Positions 42,536-53,400 of a DNA stretch of 64,000 bases are shown here, piece by piece (position 1 is the first letter of the stretch; each line of letters opens with the position of its first letter). Below the pieces are notes generated by a model. That model had not been told where the DNA came from, made no database searches, and saw only the letters and a list, made by a program, of their open reading frames with translations. The position numbers and the translations under genes were made by a program. This DNA is from an uncultured Muribaculaceae bacterium. GTDB lineage: Bacteria > Cyanobacteriota > Vampirovibrionia > Gastranaerophilales > Gastranaerophilaceae. The stretch spans positions 2,921 to 66,920 of the forward strand of contig CAZCIW010000005.1 in NCBI GenBank assembly GCA_964499135.1, read 5' to 3'.

Positions 42536-43636
42536 ATGATAAAAAAGATTTTAAGTTTAATATTCGTGTTGTTTACATTTGTATTGACTGCATTTGCTGC
42601 CGATGAGGCAGTTATACCGTCGGAGAAAGGGGTTGTGCTCCAAACAGTAAATTTGTATGCTGATGAAGATGAAAATTCAAACAGCACAAATCAGTTGGTT
42701 ACAGTAAAAATTCTTTCAGGTGATTATAAAAATCAGACACGCGAAATTCTAAATATATTGACAGATAACCCTGCTTATAATATTCCGCTTAAAAAAGGTG
42801 ACAAAGTTATTTTACATTTAGAAGAAGATGAAGATAATGGGCTTGTTTTTTACATTGCTGATATAAAACGGGATTCGTCGTTAATTCTTTTTTCTTTTAT
42901 ATTTTGTGGAATACTTGTTGCAATAGGTCGTAAGAAAGGCTTGTTCAGTCTTATTTCAATAGTTGCAACTGTTTGTTTGATATTTACGGTGCTTGTACCT
43001 TTAATTCTACACGGCTTTTCCCCTGTTATAGCTGCAATAGTAGTAGGAGTTCTCAGCACGATTATCACAATTTATTTTGTTGGCGGATTCAACTCGAAAA
43101 GTACATCGGCAATTGTAGGGACTTCGGTTAGTCTGGTTTTTGCAGGTTTGTTATCAATTTTGGCAATTATAATTGCAAATCTTACTGGTTTTGCGGGTGA
43201 GGAAAATATTTTTCTTTACGGAGTTCGTCCTGACCTTAATTTCAAGGGTATTCTTTCTGCATCAATGATTATAGCGGCTCTCGGAGCTTTAATGGATACA
43301 GCTGTTTCTATAGCAAGTACAATTAATGAAATTCATGAAACAGACAATTCGCTTGGAGTAATGCAATTGTTCAAATCCGGTATGAATGTCGGACGTGATA
43401 TAATTGGAACAATGTCGAATACATTGATTTTGGTTTATCTGGGAAGTTCATTACCGCTTGTACTTTTGGCAAATAATATTGATCTTCAAAAGTTCTTCAA
43501 CCTTAATCAGGTTTCTACGGAAATTTTATCTGCAATTATCGGAAGTATAGCTATTCTTGCTTGCGTACCTTTTACAGCAATAATTTCAGCGTATTTGATA
43601 AAAAATCAAAAAAAAGATCCTGAATTTAAATTTTAA
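42536..43636 (+). CDS. YibE/F-like integral membrane protein (tentative)
   Basis: Signal/anchor helix, an extracytoplasmic domain of about 100 aa, then about 6-7 TM segments. The family assignment is from memory of the architecture only. Confidence 0.45.
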   Translation: MIKKILSLIFVLFTFVLTAFAADEAVIPSEKGVVLQTVNLYADEDENSNSTNQLVTVKILSGDYKNQTREILNILTDNPAYNIPLKKGDKVILHLEEDEDNGLVFYIADIKRDSSLILFSFIFCGILVAIGRKKGLFSLISIVATVCLIFTVLVPLILHGFSPVIAAIVVGVLSTIITIYFVGGFNSKSTSAIVGTSVSLVFAGLLSILAIIIANLTGFAGEENIFLYGVRPDLNFKGILSASMIIAALGALMDTAVSIASTINEIHETDNSLGVMQLFKSGMNVGRDIIGTMSNTLILVYLGSSLPLVLLANNIDLQKFFNLNQVSTEILSAIIGSIAILACVPFTAIISAYLIKNQKKDPEFKF

Positions 43637-43656
43637 CAAATTGAAAAATTTTATAA

Positions 43657-43668
43657 TATAATATATTT
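43657..43668 (+). promoter_or_regulatory. -10 hexamer TATAAT 6 nt before the ribF ATG; leaderless candidate
   Basis: TATAAT at 43657-43662, spacer atattt, ATG at 43669. No SD. Confidence 0.4.
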
Positions 43669-44568
43669 ATGGAAATCTTCAGAGAACTAAAAAAAGTATC
43701 CGGATTATCGCTTGCACTTGGATTTTTTGATGGTGTTCATCTTGGGCATCAGACTGTTATTAAAAAAGCTGTTGATTATGCAAAAATAAATAATACTAAA
43801 TCCGCAGTTGTTACCTTTTCAGAACATCCGAGTAATTATTTTTATAAGATTTGTCCAAAATATATTTTGACAAAAAAATCACGAGAAGAAAATATCGAAA
43901 AACTTGGCGTTGATTATATTTTTGAACTTGAATTCGGCGAGTTCTCGGGATTAACTGCACATGATTATTTGAAGGATGTTCTGGTAAATCATTTTACCCC
44001 ATCAGCTATTTTTACAGGATGGAATCATACTTTCGGATACAACAGACTAGGAAATCCAAAATTTCTTGAACAAAATTCAAAAAAATTTGGTTACGAATAT
44101 TTTGAAATTTCTCCGTGTAAGTTAAACAATCATATAATAAGTTCAACTGCGATTAGGGACTTTTTGTTTGAAGGTGACATTGAAAGCGCGAATTCAATGC
44201 TTGGCTATAATTTTGCTGTTAGCGGAGTCGTTATAGAAGGACAAAAGCTTGGGCGTGAAATTGGCTTTAGGACTGCTAATATTAAATATCCTCAAGAACT
44301 TGTTGATATTCCGTTCGGTGTTTATTCTGTGTGCATAAGACTTGAAAATGATGAAAATTTTTATCGTGGAATTGCCAATTTCGGAACACGACCGACGGTT
44401 TCTGACGACAATGAAAAATTTTTGGAAACGCATATTTTGGAATTTGACAAAAATATCTATGGCAAAAATGTCAGTATTGAATTCTTAAAAATGATACGTC
44501 AAGAAAAGAAATTTTCTTCTATTGACGCATTAAAAAATCAAATAATTAGTGATATAAAATCTATTTAA
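43669..44568 (+). CDS. ribF: bifunctional riboflavin kinase / FMN adenylyltransferase
   Basis: LALGFFDGVHLGHQ, GREIGFRTANI and THILEFD. Confidence 0.9.
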   Translation: MEIFRELKKVSGLSLALGFFDGVHLGHQTVIKKAVDYAKINNTKSAVVTFSEHPSNYFYKICPKYILTKKSREENIEKLGVDYIFELEFGEFSGLTAHDYLKDVLVNHFTPSAIFTGWNHTFGYNRLGNPKFLEQNSKKFGYEYFEISPCKLNNHIISSTAIRDFLFEGDIESANSMLGYNFAVSGVVIEGQKLGREIGFRTANIKYPQELVDIPFGVYSVCIRLENDENFYRGIANFGTRPTVSDDNEKFLETHILEFDKNIYGKNVSIEFLKMIRQEKKFSSIDALKNQIISDIKSI

Positions 44569-45106
44569 TAAGAGATTGAATTTCTTTAAAACATGGATTT
44601 TTGGCATTTTTCAGCCACTCAAAGAGAATTATTTCAACGCATGTAATGGTTGCACCGTTTGCTTCCATTCGCTCAATTCCTTGTTTGAATTCGTATTTGT
44701 TGCGACTTGCGCATGCGTCTTTGGCGACATGAACTTGAAAACCTTCCCGTAAAAGAGCGGCGGCAGTCTGATGAACGCAAATATGAGTTTCTATTCCGCA
44801 AATAATAATTTGCTTCTTATTGAAAGCTTTTATTTTATCTAGTATACCTTCTTCATCAAGTGCGTTAAATGAAACTTTTTCAAATACGGGAGTGTTTTCG
44901 GAAAGTTCATTTGCAATGCTTTCGATGGTGGAACCAAGCCCTTTGGGATATTGTTCGGTAACGATTACGGGAATAGATAATAATCTCGCTGATTTTGTAA
45001 GATTAAAAACTTTTTTTATAATGACATCTTTATCAAGCGCTTTAACCAATTTTTCCTGAACATCAATGATTAATAACAACGAATCTTCGGATTTGAGTAC
45101 ATTCAT
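44561..45106 (-). CDS. isochorismatase-family hydrolase
   Basis: LLLIIDVQEK and the catalytic Cys context ICGIETHICV. SD AGGAGA. Its 3' end overlaps ribF by 8 nt. Confidence 0.75.
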   Translation of the reverse strand: MNVLKSEDSLLLIIDVQEKLVKALDKDVIIKKVFNLTKSARLLSIPVIVTEQYPKGLGSTIESIANELSENTPVFEKVSFNALDEEGILDKIKAFNKKQIIICGIETHICVHQTAAALLREGFQVHVAKDACASRNKYEFKQGIERMEANGATITCVEIILFEWLKNAKNPCFKEIQSLIK

Positions 45107-45115
45107 TAGAGTCTC

Positions 45116-46351
45116 CTATTCATCTATACAACTTTTAAAATTATTAATAAATTCTTCCAAAATTTCAGACAATGTGCGTTCTGTTAATTTGTTCAGCGGT
45201 AGAAATATTTCTTTGTTTTCGGGGCTGTCCCAACCACTGTGCGTTTCATAAATTACAACTTTTGCGAAACCGGGGTATACAATAGTTAAACGACTTGTTT
45301 GTTTGTTGTTTTTTAAATGAAAAATACATTGGGTTTCGTGTGAATACTGTTCAATTTTGGTATCTTTTAATATGTTTTCGTAGCTTGTTTGAAACCTATA
45401 GAATACAGGTGTGATTATGCCGTCGAGTTTTTTAAGAAATACTTGTTTGAATAATTTGAAATCCTTTTGATTATCTTCAGGTTCCAAAAGCCATTCATCA
45501 ACGGAGTCTTCCGGTTTTTCCTTGTAAACTACGGTATCGACTGTGCCAAGCATTGCGTCTGTAAGGGCTATTGATGCCATTTGCTCCAAATCTCTGAATG
45601 AACGGCTGTAAACTTTTGATATCCCAGCTTTTATTCGAAATATTCCATTAACTTCTTCTTTTATTTTTTTGAAAACTGTAATCGCACCTTCTTCATTTGT
45701 GTTCCTAAGATAAATATAAAATTTTTCGGATTTTAATTCAATTACAATATCGTTGTCTCTTAATGATTTTTTTATCGCAATAATAAGTTCTTCGGGTCTG
45801 AATTTTCCTCTGTCAAGTTCGTCGCAAGCAATTATCATAAATGAAGAATTCAGAGCGCAAGGCTCGTCCAGAGTAGTGAGCATTAACTCGTTCGCACATT
45901 CTTCCGTATAAAATCCGCTGTTTGATATCAATTTTGTACTTTTTAGCAAATATCTGTCTTGTGAATGCTTAACCGATAGATTTGTAAGTTTAATTGCGTT
46001 AATCGTTTTGATAAGAATTTCAGCAGAAGTTGAGTCGTGAAAAATAAAATCATTGGCACCCATATCATACATTACCAGAACGAAATCATAATCTTTTTTA
46101 AGTGCGACAAAAATTACAGAAGCATTATTATAATATTTTTTTACCAAATCCAAATTTTGAACAGTAAGTTCTCTATCTTCACTTTCTACAAGAAAAACAA
46201 CTGATGGTGCATATTCTTGCAAATTCTCCGCGAATTTTTCATTACTACAGTGAAAAATTGAGTCGTATTTACGAAGCAATACAAGTTTTTCCGTAAGTAA
46301 TTTTGCCGCCTCATTATTATCTGATATTAATAAAATTTTGTTATTTTCCAT
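45116..46351 (-). CDS. pseudo-receiver + degenerate GGDEF-like + unknown C-terminal domain protein
   Basis: Receiver-like N-terminus KILLISDNNEAAKLL...VVFLVESED...VIFVAL, in which the phospho-acceptor Asp is not evident. The GGDEF-like segment FMIIACDELDRGKF...IVIELKSEKFYIYL has KSEKF in place of GGDEF. It starts 5 nt after ftsX. Confidence 0.45.
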   Translation of the reverse strand: MENNKILLISDNNEAAKLLTEKLVLLRKYDSIFHCSNEKFAENLQEYAPSVVFLVESEDRELTVQNLDLVKKYYNNASVIFVALKKDYDFVLVMYDMGANDFIFHDSTSAEILIKTINAIKLTNLSVKHSQDRYLLKSTKLISNSGFYTEECANELMLTTLDEPCALNSSFMIIACDELDRGKFRPEELIIAIKKSLRDNDIVIELKSEKFYIYLRNTNEEGAITVFKKIKEEVNGIFRIKAGISKVYSRSFRDLEQMASIALTDAMLGTVDTVVYKEKPEDSVDEWLLEPEDNQKDFKLFKQVFLKKLDGIITPVFYRFQTSYENILKDTKIEQYSHETQCIFHLKNNKQTSRLTIVYPGFAKVVIYETHSGWDSPENKEIFLPLNKLTERTLSEILEEFINNFKSCIDE

Positions 46352-46356
46352 AGATA

Positions 46357-47265
46357 TTACACTTGTAAATGTTTCTTAATACAAAGGAAACTTCCGCCTG
46401 CACCAAATAGAGTTCCCATTAAAAACATTGTTATAATTACAAAATTCTGTGCAAATACGGGAGACGGCACCATAAAAAATTTATGAATATCAATAAGTCC
46501 ATTCTGTACAAAATTCAGCGGAATTAACGCAATTACCGCACCGGAAAAGCCGTAAAATGCTCCCTGCATAATTAACGGGAAGCGTATGTACCAGTTACTT
46601 ACTCCCATAAGACGCATAATTTCAATTTCATCTTTTCGTGACTGAATTACCAGTTGTATGGTGTTATTAATAATGGTTATAGTTAATATTGCCATAATTA
46701 TTACGACAAACACCGTAATTGTATTGACGACATGATTTATCATTTGAATGCGTTTTGCTAAATCCTGTGCATAACTCATATCTTCAACAGAGTTTAATTC
46801 TTTAACCTTGTTAAAAACTTCAGTGATATTCTCAGGCTTGTCAACTTTTACATGCAACGTATCCGGAAGTGGATTTGAAATATCCGGCAAATTCATTTCA
46901 CGTTTAAAATCTACCCATGAGACATCTTTTGGAATTATTTTAACTCCTTCTACATATTCAAACTCTTTTATGCGATTTTTGACAGCATTAGCATCTGTTC
47001 CTGATTTTAAGTATACTGAAATTTCAAGAACATTACCAAGTTCATGCGCGAATGAAGAAATCGATAGCGCAGTCCTGAACGAGACAGCAAAAATAATTAA
47101 AATTGCTGCCATTGTAGTTATTATTGCTATATTACTTAATCCTGTTCTTTTTATGTCGTTAACTGTTTCCATTGAAAGACGATAGAGTATTCTTAATTCT
47201 GACAGCCAATCTTTTGGAATATGTTTTTTTACTTTCTTTTTTATTTTAAGTTTTTGATTATTCAT
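46357..47265 (-). CDS. ftsX: cell division ABC transporter permease FtsX
   Basis: Four TM segments with a large first extracytoplasmic loop. ATG 47265 overlaps the ftsE stop (ATGAATAA). The track ORF starts at 47307. Confidence 0.8.
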   Translation of the reverse strand: MNNQKLKIKKKVKKHIPKDWLSELRILYRLSMETVNDIKRTGLSNIAIITTMAAILIIFAVSFRTALSISSFAHELGNVLEISVYLKSGTDANAVKNRIKEFEYVEGVKIIPKDVSWVDFKREMNLPDISNPLPDTLHVKVDKPENITEVFNKVKELNSVEDMSYAQDLAKRIQMINHVVNTITVFVVIIMAILTITIINNTIQLVIQSRKDEIEIMRLMGVSNWYIRFPLIMQGAFYGFSGAVIALIPLNFVQNGLIDIHKFFMVPSPVFAQNFVIITMFLMGTLFGAGGSFLCIKKHLQV

Positions 47266-47935
47266 AAGTACCTGCTTGTATATCCCTGACAATTTCCCCA
47301 TTATCAAGAGTTATTACGCGTTTTCTAAAGTAATCAACCATAGCATTATCATGAGTTGAAACAATAACAGTAATTCCCCTTTGATTAATCTGATCTAAAA
47401 TTTGCATAATTTCCATTGAATTCTTAGGGTCTAAGTTTCCTGTCGGTTCATCTGCGATTAAAAGCGGAGGTCCGTTTACAATTGCGCGTGCAATCCCTAC
47501 TCTCTGCTGTTCGCCTCCGGAAAGCTCAGCCGGAGTCGCGTGCATTTTTTCATATAAACCTACAATCTTTAATGCGCCTGTAACTCTTGCGTTTATTTCT
47601 CTTGAGCTTATTCCAAGGGTTCTGATAACGTAAGCCACATTATCATAAACACTTTGGTTTTGAAGAAGTTTGTAGTCTTGAAAAACGATTCCCATACATC
47701 TCCTGAGGTTTGGTACCTTATCATTTGACAGGTTTGCGATGTTAATCCCGCCAATCGTAACTGTCCCACTGGTCGGACGTTCTTCGTTGTATAAAAGTTT
47801 CATTAGCGTGGATTTTCCTGCACCGGATGCCCCAACAATAAAAACAAATTCTCCGGACATTATGTCTAAATTAACATTTTTTAAGGCATAGTGATCATTT
47901 TTATATTTTTTTGTAACTGATCTGAATTGTATCAT
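47258..47935 (-). CDS. ftsE: cell division ATP-binding protein FtsE
   Basis: Walker A GASGAGKST, signature LSGGEQQR and Walker B LLIADEPTGNLD. Confidence 0.9.
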   Translation of the reverse strand: MIQFRSVTKKYKNDHYALKNVNLDIMSGEFVFIVGASGAGKSTLMKLLYNEERPTSGTVTIGGINIANLSNDKVPNLRRCMGIVFQDYKLLQNQSVYDNVAYVIRTLGISSREINARVTGALKIVGLYEKMHATPAELSGGEQQRVGIARAIVNGPPLLIADEPTGNLDPKNSMEIMQILDQINQRGITVIVSTHDNAMVDYFRKRVITLDNGEIVRDIQAGTYE

Positions 47936-47949
47936 TTATATCTAATTCC

Positions 47950-48912
47950 TTATAGACTTTTTTTGTGTTTATCAATTTCTTCTTTGAAAGAAATCGCAAG
48001 TTTTTCGGCGGACAAGCCATAATGTTCAAGTAAATAATTCCATTTCCCGCTCTGTCCGAATTCATCGTTAACACCAATTCGTTTTACAGGAATAGGATGA
48101 TTTTCGCAAATCACTTCGCATACAGCACTTCCCAAACCATTGATAACGGAATGATTTTCTACAGTAATAATAAGTCCTGTTTTTCGTCCACTTTCAATAA
48201 TTGAATCTTTATCAATAGGTTTCACCGTTGGCATGTGAAGAATTCTGACAGAATACCCTTCTTTTTTTAAGATTTCGCCAGCCTGAATTGTTTCAGCAAG
48301 GGTTTCCCCGTTAGTAATAACTGTAGCGTCATTACCGTCTTCAATTAAAACAGCTTTTCCAAATTCAAATTTGTAATTTTCATCGAAAACATCACAAACA
48401 TTGGTCCGCGCAATTCTGATGTACATTGGACCCTGATTTTTTGAAGCGTATTCAATTATCTGTTCGCACTCTCTGCAATCGGCTGGGACGAAGACCTGCA
48501 TGTGCGGAATTCCGCGCATAAGAGCGACATCTTCCAAAGCCTGATGGCTTGCTCCGTCTTCTCCAACAGTAACTCCACCGTGAGTTCCTACTATCTTAAC
48601 GTTAAAGTTCGGGTAAGCAACAGAGTTTCTAATTTGATCATAAGTTCGACCGGTTACAAACATCGCAAAGCTTGCCACAAACGGAGTTTTTCCGGCAGAT
48701 GCCATTCCTGCTGCTGTTGCTATCATATCCTGTTCCGCAATTCCTGCATTGAAAAATCTGTCAGGAAAGCTCTTTGCAAAAATTTGTGTTTGTGTCGAAC
48801 ACGACAGATCTGCATCCATAACAACTATACTTGGGTTTGTATGCCCCAATTTTTCAAGTGCTTTTCCAAATGCTGAACGTATAGATTTTGTTTCTTTCTT
48901 ATTTAAAATCAT
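47950..48912 (-). CDS. transketolase, C-terminal (pyrimidine-binding) subunit of a split enzyme
   Basis: DADLSCST, FFNAGIAEQDM and GVTVGEDGASHQALEDVA; 320 aa. No N-terminal subunit gene lies next to it. Confidence 0.8.
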   Translation of the reverse strand: MILNKKETKSIRSAFGKALEKLGHTNPSIVVMDADLSCSTQTQIFAKSFPDRFFNAGIAEQDMIATAAGMASAGKTPFVASFAMFVTGRTYDQIRNSVAYPNFNVKIVGTHGGVTVGEDGASHQALEDVALMRGIPHMQVFVPADCRECEQIIEYASKNQGPMYIRIARTNVCDVFDENYKFEFGKAVLIEDGNDATVITNGETLAETIQAGEILKKEGYSVRILHMPTVKPIDKDSIIESGRKTGLIITVENHSVINGLGSAVCEVICENHPIPVKRIGVNDEFGQSGKWNYLLEHYGLSAEKLAISFKEEIDKHKKSL

Positions 48913-49161
48913 AACTATATCCTAACATATAACTCAATTAATATCTTAGCATAAATAAGTTTAATCTGACAAACAAATGAGCATATATTAAGCATTTTGT
49001 AAATTTTTTACTTGGAAAAAGTCCATATTTATGATGTTTTTGCTATGATTTTGTTAAGAATTATTAAAATTTGATGATATTTTAGCAATTATTTTTATTC
49101 AGGGATATTAAAACAGTAGAATAGGAATAAAAAATATTATTTATTGAAAGGAAATGATACA

Positions 49162-50316
49162 ATGATGCAAATTCCAAATCTCTCCAATCCTTACATGCAG
49201 GTAGCACAGCCGCAACCACAAGCGCAAAGCTATAATGCAGTAAAAATTGATGTACACAATCCGTCCGTAGTAGCTCCCGGATTTCCGCAAGTAGCTCAAC
49301 AACCTGTACAAAGTCAGTATGCTACACCGACAATGCCTTACTACCAGTATCCGCAAGCACCGGTTTATCAGTATCCGCAAGCTCCAATCCAACCCTATTA
49401 CATGCCGACTCAACAACCGATTATGATTCCACCTCAGGTTGTAGAACAGCCGGCAGCTCCTCAAGCTCCGGAAGCCGTAGCGGCTACAGCTCCTGCCGCT
49501 CCTGCAGCTGAGGTTACAACAGCAGCTCCGGTTGTAGTTCCCCAACCTGTCGTTACTAAGCCGGCAGAAGAAGCAAAAACAGAACCTGCTGAAGCTGAAT
49601 CTGATGTAAAAGCTGCCAAAGCTCCGGAAATTGAATCTCCGGCTCCTCTTGAACCGCAAGTTGATTTAAATGAGTTTATTTCCAAATTAACAAACCCTGA
49701 TTATGATGTTCAGGCAGCAGCAATGGAAGAAATCGCAAATATGGTAAAAGATTCTCCGGAAAAAGCAACAGAATTACTAGATGTTAAAGTAATGGATACT
49801 TTAGGTTCAATAATTAATGCAGATTCATCAAAACTAGAAGGTCCTACACAGGAACAAATAGCTGCAAGACAAAAGTTAATGAATAATCAGCAAATGACTG
49901 ATGCTGAAAAGACATTAGCAACAACAATTACACCGATGGAACAAGCTGAAAGAAACAAAAGCTATGCAATGTTTACAACAGCAATCCTTCAAAAACTCTA
50001 TTCGGATGAAGTGTCAAAATTAACAAACACTACAGTTCCTTTGACTGAATTACCTGGAGCAGTTGCGGTTGTAGAACAGTTGAAAAACAACCCGAATCCG
50101 ATGGTAAGAACTTCTGCTCTTGAAGCTTTAAGTTATATCCAACAACCTGCATACAAAGCTGATTTGAATACCTTATTCACAATTGCTAAGAATGATCAGG
50201 ACAAAGGAGTTCAAGAAGCAGCAACAGCAGCTCTTGAAAAATTAAATCAAATGCAAGATAGTGTGAAACCTAACGTAATGACACCAAACGCTCAAGCTCC
50301 TGCTCAAGCAGCTTAA
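49162..50316 (+). CDS. Pro/Gln/Ala-rich protein with C-terminal HEAT-like repeats
   Basis: SD AAGGA lies 9 nt before ATG 49162. YQYPQAP occurs twice in tandem. HEAT-like units NPNPMVRTSALEALSYI and NDQDKGVQEAATAALEKL. Confidence 0.55.
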   Translation: MMQIPNLSNPYMQVAQPQPQAQSYNAVKIDVHNPSVVAPGFPQVAQQPVQSQYATPTMPYYQYPQAPVYQYPQAPIQPYYMPTQQPIMIPPQVVEQPAAPQAPEAVAATAPAAPAAEVTTAAPVVVPQPVVTKPAEEAKTEPAEAESDVKAAKAPEIESPAPLEPQVDLNEFISKLTNPDYDVQAAAMEEIANMVKDSPEKATELLDVKVMDTLGSIINADSSKLEGPTQEQIAARQKLMNNQQMTDAEKTLATTITPMEQAERNKSYAMFTTAILQKLYSDEVSKLTNTTVPLTELPGAVAVVEQLKNNPNPMVRTSALEALSYIQQPAYKADLNTLFTIAKNDQDKGVQEAATAALEKLNQMQDSVKPNVMTPNAQAPAQAA

Positions 50317-50350
50317 GTGTAATCAATTCCTTTCTTTAAATAAAAAGCTA

Positions 50351-50384
50351 AAAAGCCCTTAAGAGTTCTCTTGAGGGCTTTTTT
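50351..50384. terminator. bidirectional terminator between convergent genes
   Basis: aaaagcccttaaga-gttc-tcttgagggctttt (one G-U pair), flanked by A- and T-runs. Confidence 0.7.
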
Positions 50385-50414
50385 AGTAGCAGTTTTTTGT
50401 TGTTTAAAATTCTC

Positions 50415-53400
50415 TTAAAATTTAAAGAGATTTTTTAATTCATTTACGCTGTCTTTAACGTTTTGAAGTTCATTTTTTATATTTTCCGAACTTTGTTCTT
50501 TTATTGTTTTTATAGTTTCCAATTTTTCACTAACATCTGTTTTGAGATTATCTTTGTTTTGGATAATTTGTTCTTTTAATGTTGGCGAATTTATAGCTGA
50601 CATATCAGGATTGGAAAGCCATTTGAATGACTTTATCGAACTGGGACTGTCTATTCCTCCATTAAAGTTTACTTTAAAATCTTTATAAACTTCATTTTTA
50701 TTTGAAAGTTGAGGAATTTCGTCTATTTTTTCGTTTTTAGGATTTGAGGTCATTGAATTCAATATTGAAGCTGTTGCGGCTCCGAATTTTGGAATATAAG
50801 AAGTTAGTTTATCCGCAGATAGTTGCCCGATGGGTCCTAACGCGGCAACCACATCACTTCCAAGTCGTCCTAAAATAATTACATTTGTTGTTCCGTTTAG
50901 AATATTGTATTTGCCTGTGATGTAATATGCCATAGAAGGTCCGCTTGTTTTTATTGATGTAAGATGTGCCCAGCCGTCGTTAAAGGTCATGCTGCCTTTT
51001 ATGTATTTAAAATTTGCACTTTCTTTTATAACCTGAATTGAAGAAAGTGAAGCAATAGCTGCTTTCATAATAATATTTGAGGTGACATTACCGGCTGAAA
51101 CAAGGTTTTCTATTTTTCCGATGCTTATTAACGCGCCGTCAGTAATATCAAATGACATGCTACCTTTAAGATTTTTAATCATTTCAGTGTCAGTTGTACC
51201 AGATAGTGTTACATTAACTTTAAATCCAAGAGTTCCTGTCAGCGCGTTCTTAATGCCAGTAGCACCCTCAATTGCTGTTATTGCCTCCATATCACTTCCT
51301 TCAAAAATTACACCGATTTTTCCGTTTAGCGTGTTATAAGAAATGTCTCCTTTGACTTTCCCATTGAAAGCTGTACCGTAAATATTTTTGAGATATAAAA
51401 CACAGGTTGCGGGATTAAAGGTAAAATCTGAGGTAATATTTTCTGCGATAATTCCGCCTGAAACAATCTTAGCAAGTGTAGCTTTTCCGTTAGCAAGAGC
51501 ACCGTTTAGAGTAATTTCAAGGTTTGATAATGAGACAAGCATTTCAGGAATTTTAATTTCCGGAATGGAAATATTTCCTTTTAATGTTGGTTTAAGAGCC
51601 GTTCCGCCTATAGAAATATTACCTTTTGTATTCACAAGACTTTTGCTACTGAAGCTTGGAATTGGCATTTTTACAAATTCAGGCACAGCAAGGTTTAAGT
51701 CTAAATTTTGGGCTTTTGAAAGGTTATTTATGGTTCCGCCAAGTGTAGCGATTGTGACTGTGTCTGTGTAAATACCGGTGTTTGAAAATTTTAGGTTATC
51801 ATTTGCAAGTTTCATTGAACTTTTTATTGTTGAATTTTTACCTTTAAGAGTTTCAATGTCAAGAATTCTAAAATAATTATCAGGAGTTGCGGTTAAATCT
51901 ATGTCAATGTTTTGGGTTTGAATATCTCCTGATATGTGCATGTTTAATGGAATTTGACCTTTAGCTTCACCGACAAATATTCTTAAATCTTTTGGTATCA
52001 TATTTTTTAAATCAGTGGCAACAACGTTTCCTTTTGCGCTGAGGTCAATATTAAGTTTTTTTGTATAATTGTAAATTCCTCCTGTAATATCAATTCTGGA
52101 ATTATCAAGTGTGATATAACCGTTTGTAATTTTTATATCTTTATCATCAATTGATACATTCGCAGAAGGAAGTTTAATTGATGCAAGTGGATTATTCACT
52201 GAGGCGGAATTAGCATTAATAGTTCCTATAAAAGTTTTTCCATCTGTTTTTATATTAATTGTTGATTTCGCAAGCATAATTGCTGTATCTGTAGGAATAT
52301 TTTTGATATTAACATTGTCAATACTTAAATTAACCGCAGGAATAGGTGACGAAAGTTTTCCCTTTAAAGTAGCATCCATTGAAAGTGTGCCTGAGTTAAA
52401 TTTGTTTTCTTTGAGAATTCCAATTTGTCCGGTAGCAGCGACAAGCGCTTTTAACAACAATTTATCTGCGGTTAAATGAAGATCTGCAATGGCATCGGAG
52501 GTTAGTTTTCCAAAAATTTTCAGAGGTTGGTCAAGTACTGTAAATGAAAAATCTTTTATGTAAACATTATTATCTGAAAGATCAATATCTGCATTAATTT
52601 TATCAATCAAAATATCATAAAGTCCGTATTTTATTGAAGCTGTTGGTATTTTTAAATATCCTGAAGATTTTACGCTCTTTTTGTCTCCTGAGATGTCAAA
52701 ATTTGCATCAATTTGTCCGGTTGCGCTGAGTGTATCAAAATCGTTTACTCCAAAAGATTTTGCAAGACTGTCGATGATTGCGATAAGATTGTTTATTTTG
52801 GCATTAGATAAAAGTTGCATAGAAAATTTTGGATTTTTACCGGTTTCAATGATTCCGTTGATAGTTGAACTTTCGTTTTTATCCATTGATGTATATAAAT
52901 TTGAATTAAATGTTGTTTTATTACCTTTGAATGTTGCATTAACTATACCTTCAGGTAGTTTTTTCCCGTCAACTGCAACCGTCATTCCGTCGATTTTCAA
53001 CATGCCGTCATATTGAATGTCATCAAAAGTTCCGGCCGTTTTTAAATTCGCGTAAATATTTGCTGCTAATTGATTTTTGTGAATTGCTTCAAAAATATCA
53101 ATTATATTAAATGGAAGCATATTGTCTACAAATTCACAGGTGTTAACATTTTCTCTGTTGTTACTTTCAGCTGTTTTTACATTATCATTTGTTTTTGTTT
53201 CGGCGGGTTCTGCAAAAACAATATCGTTTAAATTCATATCAGGCATGATTTGGTTATTGACTTTTATGTCATATGAAAACTGCTTTTCTCCATCAAAAAC
53301 AATTTCACCATTTGCTTTGATTTTTACTCGTTTATCAAGTATAAAGTCGGTTATATGGAACTTATCACCATCTAAGTAGTACTTTTTGCTGTTACTAAGG

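Noticed and set aside
49345-49392. Tandem repeat as a possible CRISPR or VNTR array
   Set aside because: There are only two copies of a 24-nt unit, in frame within a coding region (YQYPQAP twice). I saw no spacer-repeat periodicity anywhere in the window.
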